Assembly (NCBI GenBank): GCA_051599415.1
Contig: AP039704.1
Span: forward strand, 186,001-250,000
Direction of reading: 5' to 3'
DNA length: 64,000 bases
Source: Savitreella phatthalungensis
Lineage: Eukaryota
Shown: positions 42,624 to 52,659 of the stretch, in pieces
How the letters are laid out: each line of letters opens with the position of its first letter
Position numbering within the stretch: position 1 is the stretch's first letter
The notes under the pieces: generated by a model
Seen by the model: the letters and a program-made list of their open reading frames with translations, nothing else
What the model was told of the DNA's origin: nothing
The model's database searches: none
Position numbers and translations under genes: made by a program

Positions 42624-45600
42624 ATGATGGGATCACGCTCGGGGAACGAGCCTGGCGCAGTGAGGCGGATTGTGCGTCCTGTCACAGGCATGCTGCTGTC
42701 ATGCCAAGCACTACTGTTGCTGTATTGGGTTCTTAGCTGGCTGTTTTGGCCACTATGCTGGACGGCGGGACTTACGATCGGTGTCGCGGTCCTTCTCCGG
42801 AAGATCATTCTGCATGGAAATAAGCACAGGCGTCTGCACGAACGCGTAGCGCCCATCATGCTCGCATCATGTATGCCGGATCACAAAGAGACAATCTCAG
42901 CAGACGTTCTAGGCCGAGCAGATCGCCAAGTCCAGGAATTGTACCCAAAATCTGCCCGGGTCGAGGCGCGGCTGCGCGAGGTCATCAATCTTGTTCTAGT
43001 TGCTAGGATCTCTTCCTGGTACACGGCGATATCCACACGCGAGCTGTTCCTGGAGTCTGTCAAGGCGCTAATTTCTACTGCCATTGTCAACATACGCTTG
43101 CGGTTCGAGGCGATAGACCCCGTCGTATTGACGGTAGCGAAGTTGTTGCCCGTTGTGACACAGCATCTCCATGAAATTGCACGTGTAGAAGCACAGGTTC
43201 TCAAGCAACGTCCGCAACTCGCGGCTTCTCACGATGCCAAGGCTGAAGCCGTTCTCGCAGCATTCTCCGATCTTCATCCCGGTGCAAAACTGGGTCCAAT
43301 TGATAACCCATTGAAGCATCGTCGGGAGGCCTGTCGCAAACTCATCGCCAAGGCTTTGCCGTCGTGTATACCAGCCTCTGAGCTCACGAGTCAAATCGTG
43401 AAAACCTTGCTTTTGGAGCTTGTTTCGTCAGGCATGCTATTGCCTTTGCTCGACTCCGTCACAGATCCTGTGTTCCTCAATGAGGCCATCATCCAGCATG
43501 CTGGCAACGCTGTCCGTGAACAGACGCAAGTGCAGGAATACAAGGCAATTTACCGAAAGCAAAACGGTCGTGAGCAGCGTCGACGTGTTAAAAAGGCTCA
43601 TCGTCTCCTCCAGGATGGTGATGCGGAATCTTGGACGCGATTGATGAAGAAAATCGACAAATACAATCTCACAAAGCTCATGGCCCTTCGCATACGTCTG
43701 GAAGAGGTTTATGCGCATCACAAGGTCGTCGAGAGCGCGATCGGCGATTCCGAAGGCGTCATGCGCAAACCTCCTCGGTACGACGAGGCGATGGCATTGA
43801 TCAATCGCAAGATACAGCTCATGAGTGGCAATGCGAAAGCTTCGGAGCCGTTAGACATCGATACGCTCACCTTCGATGCCATCATGACGACTTGTCAGGT
43901 ACCCTTCATCGAGTTTATGGCAGACTGTGGTCAGCTCGAGCTCGTCAACTTTTGGAACATGGTTGTCGCAGTCAAGGTGTCTGTCAGCCAGCGTGAGTAC
44001 TCATCTGCAGACTTTCAGTCGTCCGCCTTGTTTGACCGAGCCGATAGCACTGATGCACTTCTCGGCAAGAAGCATGTAGAGAAGCTATTCAGATTTCTCC
44101 AGGACTCGCCGAACAACAACTTTTCGATTACCGAGGATGAGCGAATGCATCTCAACAACTACATCACACATGAGCCCGATAACTATGATATTGATGCTAA
44201 CGAGATCATCGTCTCAATAGCCAGGCGGTGCTTCCGAACGCTAAATGATGAGTACGTTCCGAGATTCAAGGACTTTCTCCGAGCAAGCGTCTCGTCTTCT
44301 GGCTCTATCCAAGCCAATAACAAATCGAGCAAGTTCAGGTCTGGAATCAAAGTGCTGCCAAAGTGGTTTCCATCCGATCGTGTAAACGGCGAGATTTCGC
44401 CAAGACCATCAGAGGAACCCTCCGCAGGGGCACGACGTTTCCATGCGCTCGACGAAGATCTCGCATCCGCGATGAACTCCAGTATCGATTATTTACTCCA
44501 TGACTCCGACGACGATCTGCCTCGAGCTTCCGGCGAGTTTGGCTCGGCTTCAGAGTCTGACCCTGACAGCGGCATCATTGATCGTGACAAGGCCGACCGG
44601 AGCTCTATGCCAGTCGTGGCTGTCGCACAAGCAGGAGACTTGGTTTTGGGAGAAGCAATACAAAATATTGATCGCGACATCGACGCTACCAACGTCGAGC
44701 TGACTCATGTAGAGCAAAGACGCAACAGCACGAGCTCCGGCAGCGAACGCGCAAGTCTGAAAGTCTGGGCCCGCCAGCTTCAACGCCAGCTCAGGTATCT
44801 CCATGCTCAACGCAGCCAGTATGAGCTGCAGCGGAGCGAACATGGATTGTTCGACAGGGCACAGGTTTCAATCGATGGCACAACAATTGACCGCGACAAG
44901 GAAGGCGATTTTGTGGTTTACATCATCTCTGTGACTCGCAAGAATACCGACAGCACCATAAATGGATGGCTGGTCGGCCGTCGTTACACCGAGTTCGCGA
45001 ATCTTTTCGCGAGTCTGCGATCGCGTTTCCCGGCCGTCACGGGCATCGACTTTCCGAAAAAGCAATTCGGGAAGAAGACAGCTAGTGTCAGTCAGACACG
45101 TCGACCACAGCTTGAGCTCTTCCTGCGAACGATCATCAAAGATGAGCGAATATGCGAATCTTACGAGCTGCGCGCATTCCTTTCGCAGTCTGGTCAGATG
45201 CTACGCCACAAGACCAGGCTCGACATGTCAAGGACTATTCTGGACGGAATCGTTTCCGTGTCAAATTATGCTGGCAGCCTTGTGAGACGGGTCTCTGATG
45301 AAGCAAATCTCTTGCAACAGGGTTTGCCTGGACAGTTGACCCCAAGCACACCGTCTATTACAATCAATGGTAACCCGGATACGCGCCTCGTAAGGCCAGA
45401 GCCTCAAGTCCAATCTCAAGCTCAAGCCTATGAGAACCTGAAGCGCACCTCGCTAGACAGCCCGTCATTGAATGCTGAAGACGACGATGTCAGTAATCTC
45501 GCAAGGCCAATCGTCAATTTTGTGCTCGAGGCATTTGACTTGCGCAGACCGGATCGCGCTATCAGGAAACGTGCTATTGTGCTCGTGGTCCAACAACTTC

Positions 45601-46076
45601 TCGGCGGCACCATTGAGAGCCGATTGCGGGAGTCCATCACGCAATTGTTCGAGGAAGATCGGCTGGAGCAGGCTTTAGCAAAGCTGAAGGAGGGGCTCAT
45701 GCCTCGAACGGATCATCAGGAAGCTGCCCAAGCATTCGAGGCGACAGCACACGAGGCTACCCTCGAGACAATGCAAGCGTTCATGGTTCGGCCAGAAGGG
45801 TCCACTCCGCCTCTTAAGCGCGAGCAAAGCGGGGCATCTGTCTCTAGTCAGAGTGCGCGGGCTGCAATTGATCTGTCGCCTTTGCAGCGTGACATCCAGC
45901 GATCCTTGGCCCTCACGACTCTGAAACAGTACCATCCTGCATACATCCCAACAACAGCCGCTCAGAGACTTCATTCGGCTGTGCAATATCGACGACTGAA
46001 CGTACACCTGGCTTTCAGATTGCTGGATGTGCTTGTCGCGCAAGTCTTCGGTTACAGCACTACGCCAGAATCCTGA
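42624..46076 (+). CDS. MDM1: PXA-RGS-PX-Nexin_C sorting nexin (Mdm1/Snx12/SNX14 family)
   Basis: N-terminal TM segments, PXA (ISSWYTAIS...DPVFLN), RGS-like segment (FIEFM...LVNFW), PX (RRYTEF..L...FPKK...RR.QLE.FL), Nexin_C (QQLLGGTIE). Confidence 0.82.
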   Translation: MMGSRSGNEPGAVRRIVRPVTGMLLSCQALLLLYWVLSWLFWPLCWTAGLTIGVAVLLRKIILHGNKHRRLHERVAPIMLASCMPDHKETISADVLGRADRQVQELYPKSARVEARLREVINLVLVARISSWYTAISTRELFLESVKALISTAIVNIRLRFEAIDPVVLTVAKLLPVVTQHLHEIARVEAQVLKQRPQLAASHDAKAEAVLAAFSDLHPGAKLGPIDNPLKHRREACRKLIAKALPSCIPASELTSQIVKTLLLELVSSGMLLPLLDSVTDPVFLNEAIIQHAGNAVREQTQVQEYKAIYRKQNGREQRRRVKKAHRLLQDGDAESWTRLMKKIDKYNLTKLMALRIRLEEVYAHHKVVESAIGDSEGVMRKPPRYDEAMALINRKIQLMSGNAKASEPLDIDTLTFDAIMTTCQVPFIEFMADCGQLELVNFWNMVVAVKVSVSQREYSSADFQSSALFDRADSTDALLGKKHVEKLFRFLQDSPNNNFSITEDERMHLNNYITHEPDNYDIDANEIIVSIARRCFRTLNDEYVPRFKDFLRASVSSSGSIQANNKSSKFRSGIKVLPKWFPSDRVNGEISPRPSEEPSAGARRFHALDEDLASAMNSSIDYLLHDSDDDLPRASGEFGSASESDPDSGIIDRDKADRSSMPVVAVAQAGDLVLGEAIQNIDRDIDATNVELTHVEQRRNSTSSGSERASLKVWARQLQRQLRYLHAQRSQYELQRSEHGLFDRAQVSIDGTTIDRDKEGDFVVYIISVTRKNTDSTINGWLVGRRYTEFANLFASLRSRFPAVTGIDFPKKQFGKKTASVSQTRRPQLELFLRTIIKDERICESYELRAFLSQSGQMLRHKTRLDMSRTILDGIVSVSNYAGSLVRRVSDEANLLQQGLPGQLTPSTPSITINGNPDTRLVRPEPQVQSQAQAYENLKRTSLDSPSLNAEDDDVSNLARPIVNFVLEAFDLRRPDRAIRKRAIVLVVQQLLGGTIESRLRESITQLFEEDRLEQALAKLKEGLMPRTDHQEAAQAFEATAHEATLETMQAFMVRPEGSTPPLKREQSGASVSSQSARAAIDLSPLQRDIQRSLALTTLKQYHPAYIPTTAAQRLHSAVQYRRLNVHLAFRLLDVLVAQVFGYSTTPES

Positions 46077-46216
46077 CGGCGAGCGTTTTTATCACGAGCT
46101 CCATTAACGAAACGACGAATCTGCTGGACTCCACAAGCGATTTTCAACGACCTCACTTATGACACAAAGGCACGTATTCCTCCTTACGATTATTTAAATT
46201 CTCCATCGCCTAGTCT

Positions 46217-47257
46217 TCATTGTGTAACTTGCGAGACTTCGGTCCACCCCGTCGCCTCTTCCTTGTAGACGTAGATCTTGCCGTCGCCGCAGGATACGGC
46301 GAGCAGGTTTCCAGACTCTGACCAGGAGACGCGCCACACGACATCCGGAAATGGCGTCTTGTCGTTGCGCAGGTGCGTGCGCTTCCATGGCGCATTTTCG
46401 GCATCTGTTGCCAGACGAGTCCAGATGTATACGTGGCGATCTTGTCCGCCGGTGGCAATGTACTGCTTTGGAAGACCAATGTTCGGCGCCCACGCGACAT
46501 CGCGAACCCAGTCTGTGTGACCCTCAAGCGTCCGGTCCTCAACCCATGCTGATGTCGCATCGTCATATCGCCAGATCTTGGCGAGATTATCACAGCCACC
46601 AGTCACGAATTTCCGGATCGGTCCTGCTACTGCCGCGGACCCACTAGCGTTGTCGCCAGCCGCTGGGCCGCGACCCGTGGCAGAGATCAGACTGCCTGGA
46701 ACCGTGGCAGGCGCCCAAGAGACAGCGTTGCTGCCAAGAGGATGCGCCGTCATCAGACGCGTGTCCCAACTACCGTCGTCCTTGAATTCGAGTACAGATA
46801 CTTTGCCGTCGGATGATGCACAAGCCAAGACGGCGCCAAGCTCATGTGGTCCCCAGGAGACAGAGTTCACAGAAGCGCCGTGAAGTGCGTGCTCAGTCAA
46901 CTTCGACCACTGACCGCTTGTGCCGGCGGATGAAGATGTCTCGCGCCATACAATGACCTTGCCGTCGTACCCGGCGCTCGCGAGAATTGTACCGAACTTC
47001 GGGTGTGCCCAGGAAAGCTGCCAGACAGGGCCCTCATGTCCACGGAGGGTCTCCAACAAGGTTGTCTGCGACCCTGCACCTGCCACTGCGCCCGAGGATG
47101 CACTACCAACAGCCACAGACGATCCTGCCGGGGCCACATCGAATATCTTAATCGTGCGGTCCGACGAACAGGTCGCGAGGCGACGTCCGTGGTAGTCGAG
47201 CGCTGCGTCCAACAAGTCCCCCTGGTGAGCTGTGTCGATTATCGTTGAGCCGGACAT
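46217..47257 (-). CDS. SEC13: COPII/nuclear pore WD40 protein Sec13
   Basis: LDYHGRRLATCSSDRTIKIF, GHEGPVWQLSWAHPKFG, LACASSDG, LEGHTDWVRDVAWAP. Start placed at MSGSTII. Confidence 0.96.
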   Translation of the reverse strand: MSGSTIIDTAHQGDLLDAALDYHGRRLATCSSDRTIKIFDVAPAGSSVAVGSASSGAVAGAGSQTTLLETLRGHEGPVWQLSWAHPKFGTILASAGYDGKVIVWRETSSSAGTSGQWSKLTEHALHGASVNSVSWGPHELGAVLACASSDGKVSVLEFKDDGSWDTRLMTAHPLGSNAVSWAPATVPGSLISATGRGPAAGDNASGSAAVAGPIRKFVTGGCDNLAKIWRYDDATSAWVEDRTLEGHTDWVRDVAWAPNIGLPKQYIATGGQDRHVYIWTRLATDAENAPWKRTHLRNDKTPFPDVVWRVSWSESGNLLAVSCGDGKIYVYKEEATGWTEVSQVTQ

Positions 47258-47543
47258 CGCCGCTTGAGTCGTGGACGGAGCTATTCTCGAAAAGCGGACG
47301 TGAATTGTAGCGTAACGCGTCAACTGATGAACGATCGGCGTAGATTCCACGTTAGATATTGTGTACAGACAAAGATGACACGCATCGGCTCGACTTTTTC
47401 GAATTGAATGTGGATGCAGAGCTGAACGGCTAGCTTGCATGGCATAAAATGCATATATTCATTACCAGCCCAGGATACTCTTGAATGAGAAAGGAGAGCC
47501 ACATCCGTTGACGAGGACAACGCCTCCAGAGCGTCTTGCAGCT

Positions 47544-49013
47544 ATGGCGTCTAGCACAGGCCGGCGTACGGTGGCATCCGACCTGATGGGCATCGTGCTA
47601 TGCGGTCCAGGCAACAATCTGGGACCTCTCGCCCGACAGGAAAACATGCCAAAGGCATTGCTGCCCATCGGTAATCGTCCACTGATCGAAGCTCCACTGC
47701 AGATGCTTGAGGACGCAGGCATTACGACAGTTTTCCTCCTGTGTCTGGGCGGCTGGCACGAGTCTGCGCTAAATACATGGGTTAAGTCGTCTTGTAAGAG
47801 CTCTTCTAGGCCGCTCGTGGTTGCAACTTCCGAAGAAGACGATCTTGCTGGCTCTGCTGATGCCTTGCGCTTTTTGCTCAGGCACGACAAGTACAGGGCA
47901 CGTCTCAATGCGCAGAGCACGATGTCATGTGTGATTGTCAGCTGCGATGCTCGGTGCGACGTCCCGTTGTACAAAATCCTCGACAGCCACCGCGAAAGTG
48001 GCACGCACCTGACTTCGGTTTGCTATGATCCGCGCAACGGTCCGGATCCTTCGGCAAAGAAACGAGATGGAGGGAGTCTTCTGGCATATGCGAAAGACGT
48101 GGACGTCTCTGATGCAAAAGCGGTCCCAGGTCATCCCCGGCATCCACGGCTGCTTTTGGCTGAAGCGCTCGCGGACATCGATGATGATCAGCTCCAGCTC
48201 CGCACGTCGATGCTGTGGCAGTACGGGAAATTAGAAGTCTCGACGACGCTCCGACAGCTCCATTTGTACATATGTTCGCGCACAATCTTGGACGTGATTG
48301 AGCGTGAAGATGCAATCTCGCGATTCGACGCCGACTTCGTCACGCTCGCTTGCAAAGCCCAGACGCAACCCGCACTGAGGAAGCGGTATTCATTACCAGA
48401 GGATATTTTATGCAGTATGTATCTGGTCAATACTACCGGTGCCAGACTACTCAGCAAGCCAGCTGCTCACGGAAGAGTAGTTGTACAGCGAGATACACAA
48501 TCGCAATTTCAGCACGGTTGTATGCGCGTCAACACCATCAGAGCGTATGCAGAGGCACAAAAGGATGTCCTGAAACACTCCTCTCAAGATCCGAGAGTGC
48601 CGATCACGTTCATCGTCGCAGAGAGGAGCACCGTTGGTCAGGATTGTCTCGCAGCAGTCGAGACTTTTGGAGAGACAAATATTCAAGAAGTCCTAGCCGA
48701 TGGATCAGTCGTCACGCCAGCTGGCGCTGCGCCGACCGGGAGCGTTGATGAGAAATCCACCGTGAAACGATCCTGCCTTGGCTTCGGCGTTCGCATTGGC
48801 AAGGGATGCAAGATCACCGGCTGCACATTCATGGACGGAGTTACTGTTTTGGACGGAGCGAAGCTTGAGAACTCGATTGTCTGCGCGGGAGCCGTCGTTG
48901 GCGAACGGGCGAGTCTCAAGGACTGCATCGTCGGTGGTCGACACCGTGTGCCGGATCGCATCGATAAAAAGGGCGAAGAACTCTTCGAAGGTGGAGAAAT
49001 CAGCTTGCAGTGA
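47544..49013 (+). CDS. GCD1: Translation initiation factor eIF2B gamma subunit
   Basis: NTP-transferase-like N-terminus (CGPGNNL..., PKALLPIGNRPLI, GSADALR, VSCD) and C-terminal left-handed beta-helix hexapeptide repeats. Confidence 0.88.
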   Translation: MASSTGRRTVASDLMGIVLCGPGNNLGPLARQENMPKALLPIGNRPLIEAPLQMLEDAGITTVFLLCLGGWHESALNTWVKSSCKSSSRPLVVATSEEDDLAGSADALRFLLRHDKYRARLNAQSTMSCVIVSCDARCDVPLYKILDSHRESGTHLTSVCYDPRNGPDPSAKKRDGGSLLAYAKDVDVSDAKAVPGHPRHPRLLLAEALADIDDDQLQLRTSMLWQYGKLEVSTTLRQLHLYICSRTILDVIEREDAISRFDADFVTLACKAQTQPALRKRYSLPEDILCSMYLVNTTGARLLSKPAAHGRVVVQRDTQSQFQHGCMRVNTIRAYAEAQKDVLKHSSQDPRVPITFIVAERSTVGQDCLAAVETFGETNIQEVLADGSVVTPAGAAPTGSVDEKSTVKRSCLGFGVRIGKGCKITGCTFMDGVTVLDGAKLENSIVCAGAVVGERASLKDCIVGGRHRVPDRIDKKGEELFEGGEISLQ

Positions 49014-49024
49014 TGCTCTATTCT

Positions 49025-50671
49025 TCAATGGTTGCTGGGGTAAAGGGCAGAGTCGCCAAGATATACGAAATTGTCTTTGATAGATCGCGGACTGACGAAT
49101 CTCGCCAAAATCGCTGCAGATCCGGCCTTGTCATTCGTTCCCGAGGCGCGTGCACCGCCAAACGGCTGCTGTCCCACTACTGCACCGGTGCACTTCTCAT
49201 TGATGTAAAAATTGCCGGCCGCCCCGACCAGCTTGCGAGACAGGGATGCGCACTCGAGACGATCCTCGCTGAAGATCGCCCCGGTCAGAGCATATTCCGT
49301 GGTGGAATCGATCATCTTGATCACCTCATCCAGCTTGTCCTCTTCGTAAACGTAAACTGTCAACACTGGACCAAAGAATTCGCGAGACATGTAATCATGG
49401 CGCGGGTTTGTCGTTTCAATTACCGTTGGTGTGACGAAAAATCCTGTGGAATCATCACATTTGCCACCGACAAGAATTTTCAGCTCTGGGTCTGCCTTCG
49501 CGTCATCGATAGCCGCCTTGAGTCTGTCAAAAGCATCTCGATGAATGACCGGTCCACAAAATACCGCGAAGTCTTCAATTGAGCCAACCTTGAGGGCTTC
49601 CGTCTGCCGGATGAGTTTACTCCCAAAGCCATCCACGCCCTCCCAGCACGAGCGCGACACGTAGAGACGGGATAGCGCTGAGCACTTCTGGCCGCAGTAT
49701 TCGAAAGCAGATCGAACGCTTTGCGTCACCGCATTCTGCACGTCCGCCGTTTTGGTCACGAGATGGAAGTTCTTGCCGCCCGTTTCACCGACAAGCTTCG
49801 GATAGCCTGCATAGATTCCATCTGCGAGCTTGTCCGCGACTTGCTTCCACAGTTGCCGGAAGATAGCAGTCGAGCCAGTATAGTGTAGCGCGGCGAACTC
49901 GGGTCGCGAGACACATACCTTTGTGACCATCACAGCATCTCCAGGCACGAAGCCTATCACGTCTCTTGGAATTCCAGCTTCTAGTAAGACCTTCCAAACG
50001 AGATAATTTGAGTAGACTGCCGAAGGCGAGGGTTTCAGAATGGCTACGTTACCCATTAGGACAGGGACAGCGGCCAGGTTGCCGGCGATGGCTGTGAAGT
50101 TGAAAGGCGTAACGCAGTAGACGAAACCCTCCAGAGGGCGATATTCGCTTCTGTTCCAGCAGCCAGGACTATTCTCCGACGGCTGAGTTGCGTAGAGTTG
50201 CTCTGCATACTTGACATTGAAGCGAAGGAAGTCTGCAAGCTCCGCAGCCGCATCGATCTCGGCTTGCCACACATTTTTGCCCTGTCCGAGCATTGTCGCG
50301 GCCATAATTTCGAATCTGTACTTACCACTGATGAGGTCAGCGGCCCTTAGGAAGATGGCTGCGCGATCGGACCAATGCAGGTTGGCCCATGACTCACGTG
50401 CAGCGAGGGCTGCATCAATGGCGCGGGTGACGTGGGATTCCGTGATAGCTCCAAATGTGCAGAGTGCCCGGGCATGCTCGTGCGGCATGTGCTGCGCCTG
50501 AACATCACCTTCTATCTGGAGGTCTGCCAGCTGAATGGTCAGTGACACTGGGGCATTCTTCTTTAATGTGTCGACGGCTGCTTCGAGAGCCTGTCGCTCA
50601 CTGCTGCCCCGCGCGTAATGCATGAGCGGCTCATTCCGGACAGCTGGGACTTGAAAGGTAGATGACGACAT
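49025..50671 (-). CDS. PUT2: Delta-1-pyrroline-5-carboxylate dehydrogenase
   Basis: ATMLGQGKNVWQAEIDAAAE, PFNFTAI, GETGGKNFH, FEYCGQKCSA, EFFGP, QPFGGARASGTNDKAG. Confidence 0.96.
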   Translation of the reverse strand: MSSSTFQVPAVRNEPLMHYARGSSERQALEAAVDTLKKNAPVSLTIQLADLQIEGDVQAQHMPHEHARALCTFGAITESHVTRAIDAALAARESWANLHWSDRAAIFLRAADLISGKYRFEIMAATMLGQGKNVWQAEIDAAAELADFLRFNVKYAEQLYATQPSENSPGCWNRSEYRPLEGFVYCVTPFNFTAIAGNLAAVPVLMGNVAILKPSPSAVYSNYLVWKVLLEAGIPRDVIGFVPGDAVMVTKVCVSRPEFAALHYTGSTAIFRQLWKQVADKLADGIYAGYPKLVGETGGKNFHLVTKTADVQNAVTQSVRSAFEYCGQKCSALSRLYVSRSCWEGVDGFGSKLIRQTEALKVGSIEDFAVFCGPVIHRDAFDRLKAAIDDAKADPELKILVGGKCDDSTGFFVTPTVIETTNPRHDYMSREFFGPVLTVYVYEEDKLDEVIKMIDSTTEYALTGAIFSEDRLECASLSRKLVGAAGNFYINEKCTGAVVGQQPFGGARASGTNDKAGSAAILARFVSPRSIKDNFVYLGDSALYPSNH

Positions 50672-51258
50672 GTTTGCAACACTCTGCGATGCGAGTGATT
50701 CCAATAGCAGCCTGCTAATCTACTCAATCTTTATAGTCGTAGACTTTCGAAGCTCTTGCCCGCTCGATATGATCGGCCTGGCCACGGATCTGCCGACTGA
50801 TAATCAGCTTATCTCCAAATACCGGGATATTTTCCAATGCTCCAAAACAAGAGGCTGCAGCCCCAGGCTGCCGTGTGGGCCTCCTGGGTGCGTGCCTCAC
50901 ATTAGGCCGGCCCCACAGATCATGGCCGGCTCCCGCGAATTGCGGATCTGCCGAGACAGCAGATCTCAATCACACACCTACCGGATCGTCCGTTCTCGAT
51001 GACACGATGTTCTGGGAAGGATGCCCAGAAGCTCGATTACTTGCGGCTTACATTTCTCCTTGTAATCCTCTTGAGTAAGAGAATGCTTTAAGACTTCGAT
51101 ACTTCATCTGTCACACGATTATAAAGTGTCGAGAAGTCTTATCATCTGCATTTCACGCTGCTGTCTCGAAGCTGCTGCGAGACCTCAAATCGTGCCAAAA
51201 CGAGAGCCAGCCCTCTTCCGTGCTATCCACGCAATCGCCTGGAGTGCATTCTTGCCTC

Positions 51259-52659
51259 TCAAACCATACCAAGCTGCACCAACACATCCGTATCATCGAA
51301 GTACATGCCCGCGCTTGGGAGCTCACTGTCGTTGTTGTCAAAAGGAGCCAGCCCATTAGACATCTCAGACCCGATACTTGCGAAGTGCGAGACTTCAACA
51401 GCTGGATGGATCGGAGTCAATGGCGGAGTGCCGACCACGTTCGAGCACTCCTCGCGGGTAATTGCCAGAGTGGAGTCGGATAGTAGTGACATAGGAATGC
51501 TCGGACCGAGCTGATTCACGCCAAGCCCTACCAAGCCATTCTCTGGCGAAATTGGCGACGGCGGGAACATGAAAGAGAAGCCAGAATCAGTGGCGGCCGA
51601 CTGTGGCTCCCGCGTATAAAGGTCAAAGCGTGGGTCGAGCGGACTCGGCGCATAGGTCACACCGTAGGAAGAACTCACCCTCCTCAAAGGCGTCGTTGGA
51701 TAAGGAGCTAATTCAAGCGAGCTCAATCGTCGATCAGCGCCACCGTCGTCGCCAATGGAAGACTGCGACCTGCTCATACCGATCCCAAGCGGCGACAATT
51801 TTGGTCTGCGGCGAACGCGAATAGACTGCGTCGTCGACATGCTGCCAATAGACAACGACTTACTTCCGGGAGCGTTGACGACTGCTGGGCACGTATGTGT
51901 CCGTTGCAAAGCGGGCCGGCGCAGGCCAGGAGCTTTGCTCGCCAGAGTTCGGTTTGACACGGCCGTCGAAATCGTCTTCAGAGGTGCTCTAGCCCTGGGA
52001 GCGTCAACGGATCGCATAGGTGGCATGAAGTCTCGTAATGCCTTGTCGTTGTGCTCTGGAAGAGACGCAAGGGATCCATCAAATCCGACAGTAGCCCACT
52101 GCGAGTCTGAAGTTTGCTGTGCATACAGTCCTGGCTCTGCCTTGCTTCGCGTCGAGCTGGATGCATCCTCCATCGACGATATCGCAAGGATTCGTTTTGC
52201 GGTTTGGTCACTCGGAGCAGAGCGCGCGGATAGCTCCGGAGTAGCACTGTCGCCGTAAAAAAGTTGGCCTGTCTGTGAGCTTGAGCGCAAGGGGAAACTG
52301 CCCATTTCAATGCTTGAGCTCGGAGCGTATGACCCTGCTTGTGAGCAGTCGGCACTCTCATTTCGGGACATGGAGCTCGACATAGCCAGGCTCGTATTGT
52401 GACTTGTGCGACTCAGGTTCGATGGCCGCTCGAACGCCGGGGTAGAACTGCGTGATGTAGCCTGTTCAAGGGCTAAAATGGCATTCATCTCATCAAGCTG
52501 TCTTCGAGCCTTCGCCTGGGTGCGTCGCTCGGCGAACCAAGCTTGGACGATTTTCGGGTCAAGTCCCAGGTGATGAGCGAAGCTCTCGCGTTGCGATACC
52601 GTCGGCTTATTCGCGGACCGCCAAAAGTCCTCGAGAGACGCCCGCTGCTGCGCGTCCAT
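51259..52659 (-). CDS. Homeodomain protein (HbxA/Pah1-like), atypical recognition helix
   Basis: N-terminal Q..SLEDFW...KPT.SQRE.FA..LGL....VQAWFAERR; Ser-rich tail with RRRPK and LRRVSS motifs. Confidence 0.78.
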   Translation of the reverse strand: MDAQQRASLEDFWRSANKPTVSQRESFAHHLGLDPKIVQAWFAERRTQAKARRQLDEMNAILALEQATSRSSTPAFERPSNLSRTSHNTSLAMSSSMSRNESADCSQAGSYAPSSSIEMGSFPLRSSSQTGQLFYGDSATPELSARSAPSDQTAKRILAISSMEDASSSTRSKAEPGLYAQQTSDSQWATVGFDGSLASLPEHNDKALRDFMPPMRSVDAPRARAPLKTISTAVSNRTLASKAPGLRRPALQRTHTCPAVVNAPGSKSLSIGSMSTTQSIRVRRRPKLSPLGIGMSRSQSSIGDDGGADRRLSSLELAPYPTTPLRRVSSSYGVTYAPSPLDPRFDLYTREPQSAATDSGFSFMFPPSPISPENGLVGLGVNQLGPSIPMSLLSDSTLAITREECSNVVGTPPLTPIHPAVEVSHFASIGSEMSNGLAPFDNNDSELPSAGMYFDDTDVLVQLGMV

